Below, one piece after another: positions 25,441-37,412 of a stretch of 64,000 bases of DNA; position 1 is the first letter of the stretch; each line of letters opens with the position of its first letter. Made by a program: the position numbers and the translations under genes. The stretch comes from Camelus dromedarius. Lineage: Eukaryota. The stretch lies in assembly GCF_036321535.1 (NCBI RefSeq), contig NC_087436.1, positions 6,634,001 through 6,698,000 on the forward strand, in the 5' to 3' direction. The notes below the pieces were generated by a model, which worked only from the letters and a program-made list of their open reading frames with translations, searched no databases and was not told the origin of the DNA.

Positions 25441-25497
25441 ATGGCCCCGCCGCCGCCGCCGCCGCCTCCGCCGCCGCAGCCCCCGGCCGCGCGCTGA
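25441..25497 (+). other. Upstream ORF in the FNIP2 5' leader, 18 aa [18 protein letters not shown]
   Basis: GCCGCCGCGATGG context (G at -3, G at +4). Ten consecutive Pro codons, TGA at 25495-25497, 58 nt before the main ATG. A weaker in-frame ATG at 25372 could extend it to 41 aa. Assumes the TSS lies upstream of 25441. Confidence 0.7.
25447..25476 (+). repeat. (CCG)6 CCT (CCG)3 trinucleotide repeat in the 5' leader
   Basis: Read directly from sequence. Confidence 0.95.
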
Positions 25498-25555
25498 GCC
25501 CCTCGAGCGCCGCGCGGACCGGATCCGAGCGGAGCGGAGCCCGAGCGGCCGCGTC

Positions 25556-25662
25556 ATGGCCCCGACCCTGCTCCAGAGGCTCTTCAACAAGAAGGGCGGC
25601 GGCGGCTCGGCGGCAGCGGCGGCGGCCCCGGGCCGGGCGCCCCGGGAAGGACCCGCCTTCAG
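25556..25662 (+). CDS. FNIP2: FNIP2 (folliculin-interacting protein 2) coding exon 1
   Basis: ATG at 25556 in strong Kozak context (GTCATGG). Translates [35 protein letters not shown] + AG, then donor AG|GTGAGG at 25663. Matches the recalled human FNIP2 N-terminus [35 protein letters not shown](S) with the same length (35 codons + 2 nt, phase 2). Lies in a CpG island. Confidence 0.96.
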
Positions 25663-26329
25663 GTGAGGGGCGCAGCGCGCCGGCGGGCGAACGGAGGGAT
25701 GGAGGCGGGGGATGAGGGATGGAATGAGGGGGATGAGGGGAAGGGAGAGGAGGCGGTGGAGGGGAGGGGGCGGGCCGCCCGGACCCTGCAGCCCCAGGCT
25801 CCTGCCCGGCCGGGCGTCGCGGGCACTCTCCAGCGCGGCCCCGAAGCCTCCGTGCCCAGGAGGGTCCCTCGCCCCCCTCGCTCCCCTCACCCCCTTCTCT
25901 CCTCCCTCCGGCTCCTTCCTCACCGCTTGGGGTCCCTCCCCTCCCGGAGTTGTTGGGGCTCAGGGGGAATCCCCACTTTGCTCGGGCCTGGACGCGGAAC
26001 CGGGGGTCCCTGGGGTCCCGGGGTCTGGGGACCCCTCCCGCAGAGCCGCCGGGCTGCACTGTCACCCTGGGGGCAGCCCAGCCTATTGTGTACGTGACAG
26101 TGTCCTGAACTTGTGAAGGAGCAGCTGTCGCCAGCAAGGCATCTTTCTTGTTCCTTGCTGTAGGTGACCAGTTCTCAGACGGATGATGAAAGTCTCTCGT
26201 TTGGAAGGGTGATGCCGCGTGAGGTCCGCAGGGGGCGGGATGCGTTCCCCATCTGCTGAGACCCTCTCACAAAGCTGATGCCGCGTTTAGGAGGGCTGAC
26301 CTGAGTGCACACCTTTAAAGGGGCACTGC

Positions 26330-26520
26330 TCTCATTGCTGGAGCGTTTCCCATGCTTTATGTTGATTTTTCTCATTCATTTCCCCGACAGCCTTGTGAGG
26401 TGGGTGCGATCTAATCCCCCTCTGACAGCTGAGGGGACTCAGGGTCACGGAGGACCCCAGCAGCTTGCCCAGAATCCACAGCAGTATGAGACTGAACCTG
26501 CTCTCCACCCCAGCTGTTTG
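26330..26520 (-). mobile_element. MIR
   Basis: CTCATTCATTTCCCCGACAGCCTTGTGAGGTGGG..GAGGGGACTCAGG..CTTGCCCAGAATCCACAGC. Confidence 0.65.
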
Positions 26521-27987
26521 ACCATAGAACCCAGTCTTTGTAACCTCTTTCTGCTTCCAAGGGCTAACTTTTAGAAGAGGCCTTAGAATGACCTAGACTG
26601 CCTTTCAGCACACTGATCTTGAGAAGTTCGTTTATTTACCATTAACAGTTTTTTTTCCCCAGCAAATATTTTATTGAGCGTCTACTTCCAACTCTGACAT
26701 TCTGCTAGGTGCTCTTTGGCCAAAATGTCTTGCAAAAACAGTGTAATGTTAGACCCAGACTTCTAGACCCAGTATTATAAGCCTTTTAAAAGTTTGAAGT
26801 GAAGATTTGGATACATTTGGGATTAAGTTTTATGTTGTGGGTTTTGCTTTTCTTAAATTCCATTCATTTAACTCCTCACTGCAGTTAGGTGAACATTCCC
26901 CATATTTTGTGTTTGTGGAGTGCGCATGTGTGGTGTTCTTTGGAAGGTGAGTTGCCAGGGCGTGACACCACCTTCGTTAAATTTGCACGTTTTCTTTAGG
27001 CTGCCCAAATGCTTACAATTTGGGTAGGGAATTCTATTCCTCTCACTGCTTTCAGTCCTGTGTCCCTTCTCAGAATGGTAGAATTACTTCAGACCCAGGG
27101 TGTGTAATTTCTTCTCTTCCCTCCCAGTGACCCAGACTCGATCAAGGGAACAAAGCCTGGAGAGAAAAGGGTGTGTGTTTCAGGTGTCCTTGTTTTGACA
27201 GCCCCTGTCAAGGACATGTAGAGCCGTTTCCAAGGCTGGCGGAGATGGTGGAGTTCCAGGGCCATTGTTTCCTGTGCTCTTTGCTCACTTGCCCACCACT
27301 GTCTTCTCCCATCCACAAGTTATAACTGAGTGTATTTTGAACAACAACAACAACAAAAAGCTGTGGCTATATTTAGGGTCTGGCCATATTAGGGAAATTG
27401 GTTTAACTTTGCGGGAACATTTTCAGTGTAGTGTTCCGACTTCCCATTGGTGTCTAATGAAGAGCACAGAATTGTGCGAGGGAATGTCTTTTGGTTTCCT
27501 TTTTGGTGACCTCCTTAGGATTTTCTACAAGTTTTTAAGGTAAATGCCTTTGAGAGAATTGGAGACCTCAGGGGCCTTCGGCAGTGGCCCTGCTAAGGAC
27601 TTATCGTGGAAAAAGAAGTGACGTTGCAGATGTTAAAGACTCAGGAAGATGAGGACAAGTCACCCATGACACACTGCATGGAGGAAGGGCGCCCAGCAAG
27701 CCTTTCCCCGGCTCGCCTCACCTGGCTTCACTCTTAGGTGCTGTGCAGCCTTCCTGGGAAAAACCTCCTGGAAAAGTCCCCTTTCTTGCCCTGCAGAGCA
27801 ATGACCTTGCGTTCCGTCTCATAAAGATTTAACCAAATAGGAGCTGTCATGTGCTGTTCGGGGAAAGGGTACCTCAAATAGGGGATGAGCTGCCCTGGGA
27901 AGCCTACTTTGTAGTCGAACAGACTTCCAAAAGTCCAGGTGAAACCCTGAGGTTAAAACTCTAGTATGCCTAGCATGAATCTGTATG

Positions 27988-28222
27988 CTTTTCTTTTTTT
28001 TTAAAATTGAAGTATAGTTGATTAACAATGTTGTGTTGGTTTCAGGTGTACAGCATAGTGATTCATAGATATATATTCCTTTTCATATTCTTTTTCACTA
28101 TACGTTATTAAAAGCTGTTGAATATAGTTCCCTGTGCTGTACACTAGGACCTTGTTGTTTATCTGTTTTGTATGTAGTGGTTTGTATCTGCAAATCCCCA
28201 GCTCCTAGTTTATCCCTCCCCA
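27988..28222 (-). mobile_element. 5'-truncated L1 3' UTR fragment
   Basis: L1 tail signature; TSD CATGAAT(C/T)TGTAT at 27974-27986 and 28225-28237. Confidence 0.92.
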
Positions 28223-28994
28223 TCCATGAATTTGTATTTTTCAGTGCATTTAAATACAGGCTGTACATGTAGATTTAAGAATGAAAGGAAGATTCAGGTA
28301 GACTTTGGGGGGGGGCAGTTTTGTAGCATAGATTACCATATATTTGGGGAGAAAAACCTAAGTAAAAATAAGATCTAATTTTTTATGTGTATCTTGTTGC
28401 TGCAGAGCATTTAGCTCTCTTTTCTCGTGGTGATGGACTTGGGTAGTTCTCAACCTTTTCTCCAAGTCTCTACAGTCTCACCCTGTACATTAGTCTGTTC
28501 ACTCTGTGCATGTCCTCGTCACTCCCCCGAGTTTCCTGTGTGCTCTGGTCCCTCTGGTTCTCACCGGACTTGATTAGGGAGAGTCTTTTCTGCCCAGTGT
28601 GAGTAGCTTACAGCGCAGGTCATTTTCAGATCTTCATCCTTTCCGGCCTTCCACCTAAAAAGAGAATCGTCACAGTTGAGATTCCTTCTTAAGTGTATTT
28701 CTTTTAGGGTCTCCACAAGAAGCCCTTTTCATAGCTTTGAGGAAACAGGTTCCTAAGAAAACAGAAAAAGAATCCGAAGTGATTGAATTTACATGTTCGG
28801 GAGATGAAGTTAGGAGCACAACGTGATTATGGTATTTGTGAAGTGTGGACTCTAAAGTTATAAAATTGCACTATGGTCTTGAAATTTGACAGGATTCTCT
28901 ATTAGCTGGTTTTGACAATGTTTTCGCCTTTAATTCATCACTACTTAAATATATATTTGAATAACCCTTTTTAAATTAAGGATAAATCTTAAAC

Positions 28995-29094
28995 CAAAAA
29001 GAATATGAAAATGAATATATGTAGGTATATGCATGACTGGGACATTGTGCTGTGCACCAGAAAATGACACATTGTAACTGATTCAATTTTAAAA
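28995..29094 (+). mobile_element. Short L1 3' end
   Basis: AAAAAGAATATGAAAATGAATATATG..GCATGACTGGGACATTGTGCTG..CCAGAAA; AAGGATAAAT on both flanks. Confidence 0.88.
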
Positions 29095-30244
29095 AAGGAT
29101 AAATTAGCCACAAAGGATAAATTAGAACAAAATGAGATTATTTGTCTGGTGGCTTGAATGCAAAGTAGAATCGGTTCTTGGTTACCTTGAATCTCGGGTC
29201 AGCATGTTCACAGAGGGCGATTAAAAAGCCACAGTGTGCCCAGTGACTTCTTGCGTGTCTGGTTCAAATCTGGTGCTTTATCTTAAGGAGTTTTTTTTTT
29301 AAATGTCTCTGGTAAATTATTGGACCAGTTTCCACCTCAGACGTGTACACGAGAGGGAGGTGATAAAGATCACAGGTCATCGTACGTTTTATTCTGGACT
29401 AGTCAGATGGAGAGAAGAAGCTTGTGTGTGTATCATCTGGGATATGAGGAGTAAACAAAAGCACCTCAGCTGCTCGGTTGGGTCGCGAGCTGGGTAAGCG
29501 CTGGGACGAAGAGACCCCCCCACCCCGCCTCCTCCGGTGCTGAAGGGCTCAGGCCCCATGGCCTAGTTAGTGCTAATCCACGTTGTTCTGTTAGAGCACA
29601 TTTAAGTCATCTGTTCCAGGGAGAGTCTAAGCATAATTTAATCCGCTTACCATCAGGATGGCAGGGGGTCTGGTGCTCCTCTGCATGTGGCCCGTGTGAG
29701 TCCAGGTGGGCCGTCCGGGGTCCTGCCTGCGGGAGTTTGCAGATCACACACCAAGACGACCAACAGCACATTGGAACCTGTAACAGGAAGGTCACTTGGA
29801 CACCCGTAAAGAGTCCGTCTTTACCCGAAGTCCAGCATGAAGAACGCGCGCTTCTCATCCTGGGTGTGACCAAGGGCAGGACTGGGATTTATCTTCCCTC
29901 TGACGGAAGTGCCTCCTGCCGCTGCAGCTGCCTCCCAGCGTTTCTAACGAGGTTTTCCCGGGTAGGGCAGAGAATATTCTGGAAGAAGCACAGAGCAGTT
30001 CCACTGCACTCAGACTTAGTGACTATATAACATAAGGCCCAGGACACATAAATGACGGCTTTGATTTCTTTCTCCGGCTCCCTAAAAGTCTCCCCGGGGG
30101 TCTCCCTGCTGCTGCCCGGGGCCCCTCGGCACACCCGTCACATTCCATGTCCTTGTCCCGAGCCGGGCCGCACGCCGAGGGGGTCTGCGGCACCTGCGGC
30201 CGGTCCCTCCCGCGGGCCAGGTTCTGTTAAGAGCGGTCGGAGGA

Positions 30245-30395
30245 CGGATTGAGGAGCTGGCCATTTTCAGCCCTTCTTGTGCACCGTGTGGACGCAGGAT
30301 CCACCATGTCCCTCCACCCCTCTGGGCCTCAGTTTTGTCATTTCTAAAGTGACAGCGCCCATCCTGTGCCAGGAGGTTGTGGTAAGGAGGTAATA
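30245..30395 (+). mobile_element. MIR fragment
   Basis: CTCTGGGCCTCAGTTTTGTCATTTCTAAAGTG..GGTTGTGGTAAGG core. Confidence 0.6.
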
Positions 30396-30575
30396 TTTTT
30401 GAAGATTTTTTGAAAAGAATAAAATGCAGTGGGAAGTGATTTGAAGTATTACCAAGAGCCATTTAAGTCATGGAATTCAGTGTCATCCATATTGAGGTGT
30501 CACTAACATTACATTTTCAGAGGCTGTTTTCTCCCTCTGTAGTTGGGAGACTTGAGACAGAACTGAAGGGACATG

Positions 30576-31030
30576 TTTTTATTTACTTATTATTTTTTAA
30601 TGGAGGCACTGGGGATTGAACCCAGGACCTCGTGCATGCTAAGCACACACTCTACCCCTGAGCTACACTCTTCCCCCTTACTTGTTTTGTTTGTTTTTTT
30701 TTTTTACCTTGATAGTGTCATTGATGAGGACATTGAGTCTTCAAAGGAGCATTAAGACCGCCCACAGGCAGTAACTCCAGCCTGGATGGAGGTGTCTGGG
30801 CGTTCAGGAAGTTTTAGGACTATGGTGTGTTTTTCAGAATTATTTGCAAGTTTGTCTTATCAAGAATAAAATCTTATTTATTGGAAAGGGATACAGCTGT
30901 GCAGCCATGTCTTTATTTTATTTATTTATTTAATTTTATTTTATTTATTTAATGGAGGTGCTGGGGATTGAACCCAGGACCTCATGTATGCTAAGTACGC
31001 ACTCTACCCCTGAGCTACACCCTTTCCCCC
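30576..31030 (-). mobile_element. Composite SINE-spacer-SINE, copy B
   Basis: Monomers at about 30911-31030 and 30576-30677 flank a spacer (30678-30910) homologous to the spacer of copy A at 10290-10551. Confidence 0.88.
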
Positions 31031-34000
31031 AAATCATTAATTTATGTATGTTTATACACATACACACACTTGCACATATATCCACACACGTGTACATATA
31101 TTTATATGTGCATATGGAAAGGTGCTCTCTAGAGAAAGTGAAAACAATATACAAATTTACGAATAATATTTCAAATAGGAGCGTGTGACTGATGACGTGT
31201 GGAAGAGAGGTCAGGGCACTGCACCCCCGCACGTTCACAGTGGGTGGCAAGGGGTGGGTGAAGGATTTGTCGTACTCCTCTGTGTCTTCGCTCTTGCTGG
31301 TGTTTCAGATTTTGCTCTAGCGAATCTGGGTTGCCTTCGTGATGTAACTTACTTTACAGGTTAAGTGGCCTTTGGAGTTTTTTACATTGTCACATAACAC
31401 TTGTGGAGAAGCCTGATCTGACTAAAAACTCTTCATAGACTTTTTTCCTCTTTGTTAAAATAACTGGTAGTTCCTGTTATTGAAAGTAATATGCTGTTAA
31501 TTTTAACGTACAAAACCTAAGTCCACTGCGATCCTTAGGAAGCCAGTTGAACTGGAGAAGTTGATCACTGCAGGCAACACACGTGCGCAGTTTTAGCTGG
31601 TGGAGCAGGGTCCCGACTTCCCCGAGCCTCGCTCAGCCCAGCGTGGTCTCCTCCAGGGCTCCGAGCGCAGTTTTGGATCTGCGACCAGCTCTCCTGCTGC
31701 TGATCAAGAGAGATCTAAGTAAGATTTGTCTGAAAGATGCTTGGAAAAAAGTGACACAACCGTCTAGGTTGGGGGAAGAGTTGGGAAACTTACGGGGCTT
31801 GGATCGGATGTTTTTGAAGCTGAGACGGCTCTGTCATGTTAAGTTCTGAAATGTGATTGTGTTGCACGTGGTCATTTGACTCCGCAGATGGTCTTGAGAG
31901 ATGGGCCAGTGGTCTTTTAACGCCCAGAGTGCAGCTCCAAAGAGAGCGCTGGGTTCTTTTGCTGTGGCTTTAGGTTGTGTTTCCATGGTTTGCTCCTGAG
32001 GTCAGCTCAAGGAAGCCACTGCTGTTGTGTTTCCTTGGCACAGGAAGTCGTAAAAATGGTCCTTGCCCTGGTGGAAAGACTTTGAGGCCGGCGTGAGCTC
32101 CTGGCGGGTGAATCGGATTTGGGAACTGGCCCTGCGCTCATTCCCCCAGACGCTGCTTTTCTCGGTGTGGGCGAAAAAGAACCAGCGTGTTGTCTCGACT
32201 GCCCAGGCCCTGGCCTCGTGGGCGATCACGTCCTGGGCTGTGGAAGTCAGTCTTTCCCTCGCGGGTAACAGTGGGTCCCTACTTACCAAGTGTTCTTTTT
32301 ATCTCAGGTTTGTGAAAAATGATTATTATGTGAAAGAGGAAAAACAGGATGGACGTTTCCAGCTAACTGGGCATGTAATAGTGATTTCCTTCAACTCCAC
32401 CCCGTCTGGAAATGGACCGTCTGTGACTCACCGCTCAGGGCCACACAGGCGCTTTTGTGAAGGGTGCGTGGAGGGGAGGCCGGGGTGGGGTCCCCCTTTC
32501 GTTCAGCCGGAATCTGGCCAGCTGCCTTGATAACAGACTTCTGGAAAGGACAATGTGCCTTCTCACATACTGTGCTACAAGCTTTTTTCTTGTTGCACTC
32601 TCTGTTTGGGCCAAAATAACACAGTATATTAAGTGCAGTAAATGGGGCCATTAACATTCTAACGTGGGTGTGCGTCGTGTGGCAGGGTGTGTAACATTTT
32701 ATCATTAATAGGAGTCTGGAACCCCGGACATCGTATTTCTAACTCTGTGCTTTCCATTTCTCTGTATACATAGAACATCTTTCTGGTTATCTGTCACTGA
32801 ATCTTGTTGAATTTGTAGCTCTTGCCCTAGAATTAGTGCCCAGCATAGTGTTATGAAGAGATACATGTCTGCTTTATGAAGATGGTGTTATCACCACACC
32901 TGACACTTTTTCATCATAAATGAGAGCATTTCTCTATTTGAGATAATACATCTTTAAACAACTGATTGCAGGTGTCTGAAAATGACTGCCAATTCACACA
33001 GGGTGTCTCAGTGACGATGGTGACTGGCTCAATATAAATTTGTCCCCCAAAGCTGATAGGGACGGACTGAGACCCTGCCTGTCTGGTGGGAACCTGAGTC
33101 TAGTTTCCAGTGAGGACAGTTGTGTGTTGGAAGGTAATCATGTAATCACATGGCATATGTCAGCAACCTAAATAAACTGTGTGTTTATGATAGAAATATT
33201 TTTCTAGGAAAATTGATAGCCTGTTTGTTTGAACATACCCTAGGTTACATTGTGTAATAGATACCAGTAGAAATGAAACAGGTACACAAATGTACTTGAT
33301 GATTTAACACATCCTAAGAAATATCCTAACTTTAGAAGTCTCTCTTTTTCCTTGGTTTAAGAATCCTGGAGACCTTGCAATACTAAATGCAGCATTGCCA
33401 AGATTTACTGGTCAGATGGTCATTGTTTAATTTTATTCATTTGTGGCCCGCTCTGACCAAAAGGTGTGTGTGTGTTTAAACATTTTATCCATGAAACTTT
33501 TCACAGAACATAGTATCATTTGTTTTGATGGCTTAACAAACAGAAAACTAGCATCTGCTTACAAGTGCACACGCATTAGTTAAATGGAATTGAGTGATTT
33601 TTGCATTTCACTGGTAAATTCTGCTCCTGAAACTTTTCATTCAGTTGTCATGGCAACTCTATTCCTTCACAAGTTGAAGACAAGGCAGATGTTAACCTGC
33701 ATGTTTCTCAAGAGATGAAACAGGTGTGATTTAGGATGTGTTAAGAAGAAGCAACAAAATCACCTGTCTGATCAGCTCTGCCTTTTAACACCTCATAAAT
33801 ACTAAAGATCGCCAACTCTTTTTCCCTAGTGCACCCAAGAAATCAGACATTTTCCTTCTTCTGTCTTACAGTTGAGACCCTTGGGGTGAGGGGGGAAACA
33901 ATTCAGTGTTTCTTCTCATTTGGCTCTTAATTAACCATCCTCTTTTGCTCAAATTCTTTTGTAAAAGACAATTGAAAAATAGTAACAAGAATATCTTTTA

Positions 34001-35318
34001 AATTTGCCATTTGAAAACATATTTGCAAGTGATCGAATGAAAGAAGCGAACGTCCGTGTTGTGGTTGGAGGGCAGATATGGGGGCTGTTCTAGGCCTGGG
34101 TGTGCCCCGTCCTGGCTGGAGGGCTCAGTGCAGCGCTTGGCAGGACATTGCACTTCATAAATAGTTGTTAAGCGGATGAGTGAATGAATGAGAGTTTTGC
34201 AAATGATGATCCTCAAAGATTCTCTGGTATTCCAGAATCTGACTTCTTGATATATTATGTTGTTGTTTTTGGTTTTTTAGGGTTTTTTGTTTTTTGTTTT
34301 TAGCAGGGAACTGCCTTTCTTGATGTTTCTCACGTGCAGTGTGTCATCTTTCAAGGGAATCTTGTTACAGACAACTCAATTTCCTTCTTGCCATTAATAT
34401 TAATGAATTGTTTTTCTGGTATCAAAATCATTGGGTAAATACTCAAGGGACCTGTCCTCTCAAAAAAACAAACAAACAAAAAAAAAACGAAAAAGAAAAA
34501 TCAACAGCTAAAAAAGACACATAAGAAATATGTCTGAAACCCAGTTATAAAATCCCACAGCTGTTGAAAGCAACCTAGGGAAAATTATTTAATTTAAATA
34601 ACATCTGCGAACCTCTGAAATCACTAGCTGTGCGTCGGTAACGGTGAAACTCTGTTCTGTACTTTTTAGATTCGTTGAGTTTTTGCATGGCTTGGTAAAA
34701 CGGAAATACATTACAGAGTGAAGTTAGCTAGTCGGTTCTTTCAGATTTAAGATACAGCACACTTAATCATAAAAACTGTGCCAGTATTCCAAACCCTGCA
34801 GACCATGTTCGCCTGTTACAGGAAGTAAGTGCCTTGGAGGAAAGGTGGAACCATCTCTGCTTTCCATGCGTGATGCGTCCATTCGAAAAACTAACTTAGA
34901 AATGGGTTTCTGAATCTGCCGTGTTCTTTGGGAAGAGTTAGCTCAGAACCACATGTCACCGACGATGGCCTCACCGTGTGAGGAAGTGGACTATGAGTAA
35001 ACATTTTCCCCACGCGCTTTGGCCATGACTGTTTGCTTTAGGATGGTCCATTGAGCAAGTCAGCTGCTAGGGCAGAAGGAGGGGGAGGGCAGGGACAGCT
35101 GTCTCCACCCAAAGGGCAAAGAAGGCTCCTCGGTCCTTTCTGAGTGAGCCGGGCTCCTTGGGGACCCTGAGGACACTGGTCCTGGCCCCTCCTGTGGGAC
35201 ACCGTGCCCTGCCTGGCGCCACGTGGTCCTGAGAAATGGCTAATACATTAAATTATGAGTTTATTTTGTTCAAGATAATTCATTTTTAAAGGCACCTGAT
35301 TAAAAATCAAACCCTGTA

Positions 35319-35470
35319 GGGGAGGGTACAGCTCAGTGGTAGAGCGCGTGCTTAGCATGCATGAGGTTCTGGGTTCAATCCCCAGTACCTCCATTAAACG
35401 AAAAAATACATAAGTAGATAAATAAATAAATCTAATCCCCCCCCAACAAAAAAAGAAAAAAAGAAAAAAA
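35319..35470 (+). mobile_element. tRNA-derived SINE (Vic-1-like)
   Basis: GGGGAGGGTACAGCTCAGTGGTAGAGCGCGTGCTTAGCATGCATGAGGTTCTGGGTTCAATCCCCAG with A-rich tail. Confidence 0.94.
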
Positions 35471-35711
35471 ACCAAACAATACAAGATTATATGCATTTAA
35501 ATATAAGCGCCTCTCACTTTTCACCCCCTGATCTCTCTTCGTAAAGGCTACCAGTGTTAACACTGGTTTCTTTTAGTATACCCTACTGGAAATACTCTGC
35601 TCAAATACAAGAAAAATACATTCTCTTTCATTCACACAACACAGCTGTTCAGCATGTTGCTCACAGTGGTCTCATACTCCATTGACTGAATGCGTGTCGT
35701 ACTCTGCTTTA

Positions 35712-35865
35712 CCCGGAGTTCTCAGGTCTGCTGCACACCACGGGGGCCCCGAAAGAGCGATGTGCCCAGACCTTCTCTGATCCTGATGTAACTGATCTGG
35801 GTGCCCACGTGCCTGTCTTTATGAACACCCCCCACCTCAGGTAATTTTAGTGTGCAGCCAAGTTC
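35712..35865. mobile_element. MER5A-like hAT MITE
   Basis: GTTCTCAGG..CTGCAC..CTGATGTAACTGATCTGG..CAGGTAATTTTAGTGTGCAGCCAAGTT. Confidence 0.55.
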
Positions 35866-37412
35866 GCTCATTTTCACCAGTCCCCTATTGATGGATATTT
35901 AGGTTATTTTCAGGCATTTTTATTTTGTTAGAGATGTTGAACTCCTTGGTTGGAAGATTCTTGTGCATTAGCTCAAGTGTATATGATGTATTAATTACAA
36001 CATATTTTATATGTATATAATATGTTATACATATATAATTTGCTATAATATATTAAATTTAACATAACACTCATATAATCAAATGTTTGATATGGTAAAT
36101 AAACCAAAATCAATTGGTACCTACAGATGAATACATTAGTAAAATATGTAAATGTATGACCAAGGACTGGAAAGGAAAACAGAAAACCACAACAGGTGAT
36201 GTCATGGGGTAATGAACTTGCAGGCAAATATCCTTTAAAAAACATTTCTTTACTATTATCAGATAGTGTGGGCAAAAAATAAAAATTAAGAAAAAATTTA
36301 TTTTATAAGGCATATAGCTATTTGTGGTTTTAAAGATGCATGTTCATAGAGTAAACCTCATTAATTAGTGGTCATATTATGGACTATCTACATAGGCAGC
36401 TTCTCTGGGACCTTTTGAGAGGCCAGTAGTAGCTGCTTCTCCGAAAGGTCAGAGCAGACCCTCTGGTGTGTGTGGAGGAGGGACTGTGTTCACGCCGTGC
36501 ACACGTGTGTGCAGAGCAGAGCTCTGTGCTGTGTGGCTTTTCGGCGTCACCCTCCTCCTGCCTCACAGTTACCCTCTGGGAGTGGGCGTTTTCTTAGCTA
36601 ATCTGTAGATGGTGAGGTTGTAAGCGTTTACAGAAGAAAACCCTGAGGCTCGCTGGAGGTTGCCGTGTGGTTAGCAATGACCTGGGAATCCAAGCCCAAG
36701 GCCAGGCGTGGTCTGTGTCCCCTCTCTGCACGGTGACACTTGAAGTACCTGTGACATTGATGTTCCGTGGGGTTTATAAGGAAGTGTGGGGTCTAAACGT
36801 CACTTCTGGGGGCTTCCTACTGAATGGCGCAAGCAATAGACACTAAGTTGAGACAGCGAATTCTACTCCGGGGCCGTAGTTCAGGTCCAAGTCTCCACTG
36901 TCCTGTTAGGATGAAAGCAGCGGGGGAGCCTCTTGGTCTGGCTGGTGAGGGGAGGCACCCCTGAGGGGATGAGACCAGATGGGTGGGATTCAGAGAGGAG
37001 CAAATGAGGAAGACTTCCCACCGCAGGGGTGCGCTGGGGCAGCGAATGCGCTGGTCTCTCTGAAAGAAGAGGGCTCTGTGAGGCTAGCCCTCCGGGACCA
37101 GGTTGTGGAGGGAGGGCCTCGCAGCTTTGTTTGTGTTACATTTTAGATTTAGGGGACCCCAAAGAGTAGGTGGGAGTCCTCAGTCTGTACTTTGAGAGTT
37201 AATGGATAGAGCTGGGACTTTGTTATGTATTTGCCTTCCTGGATCACTTACACTCACCTTACAGCGCAGGACACATCCTCTCTGAATTTCTCTTCTGTAA
37301 AGTGGGTGTAAAATTGCTTCTCTTGCAAGATTTGGAAGGCTGGAGGTGACACACGTTGGTGATACCTACTGCACGTGCTGGGCACCAGTGGGCCTTCAGT
37401 GAAAGGCAGCTC

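Larger units (their letters stand above)
24040..26250. promoter_or_regulatory. CpG island / FNIP2 main promoter
   Basis: Very high GC and CpG density compared with the flanks; GC box GGGCGGGG 24735-24742; CCAAT 24751-24755; spans exon 1. Confidence 0.93.

Noticed and set aside
24037..26137. Long ORFs of 412, 306 and 316 aa over the CpG island
   Set aside because: Pro/Arg/Gly/Ala low-complexity translations caused by the scarcity of stop codons in GC-rich DNA. The supported coding segment is 25556-25662.
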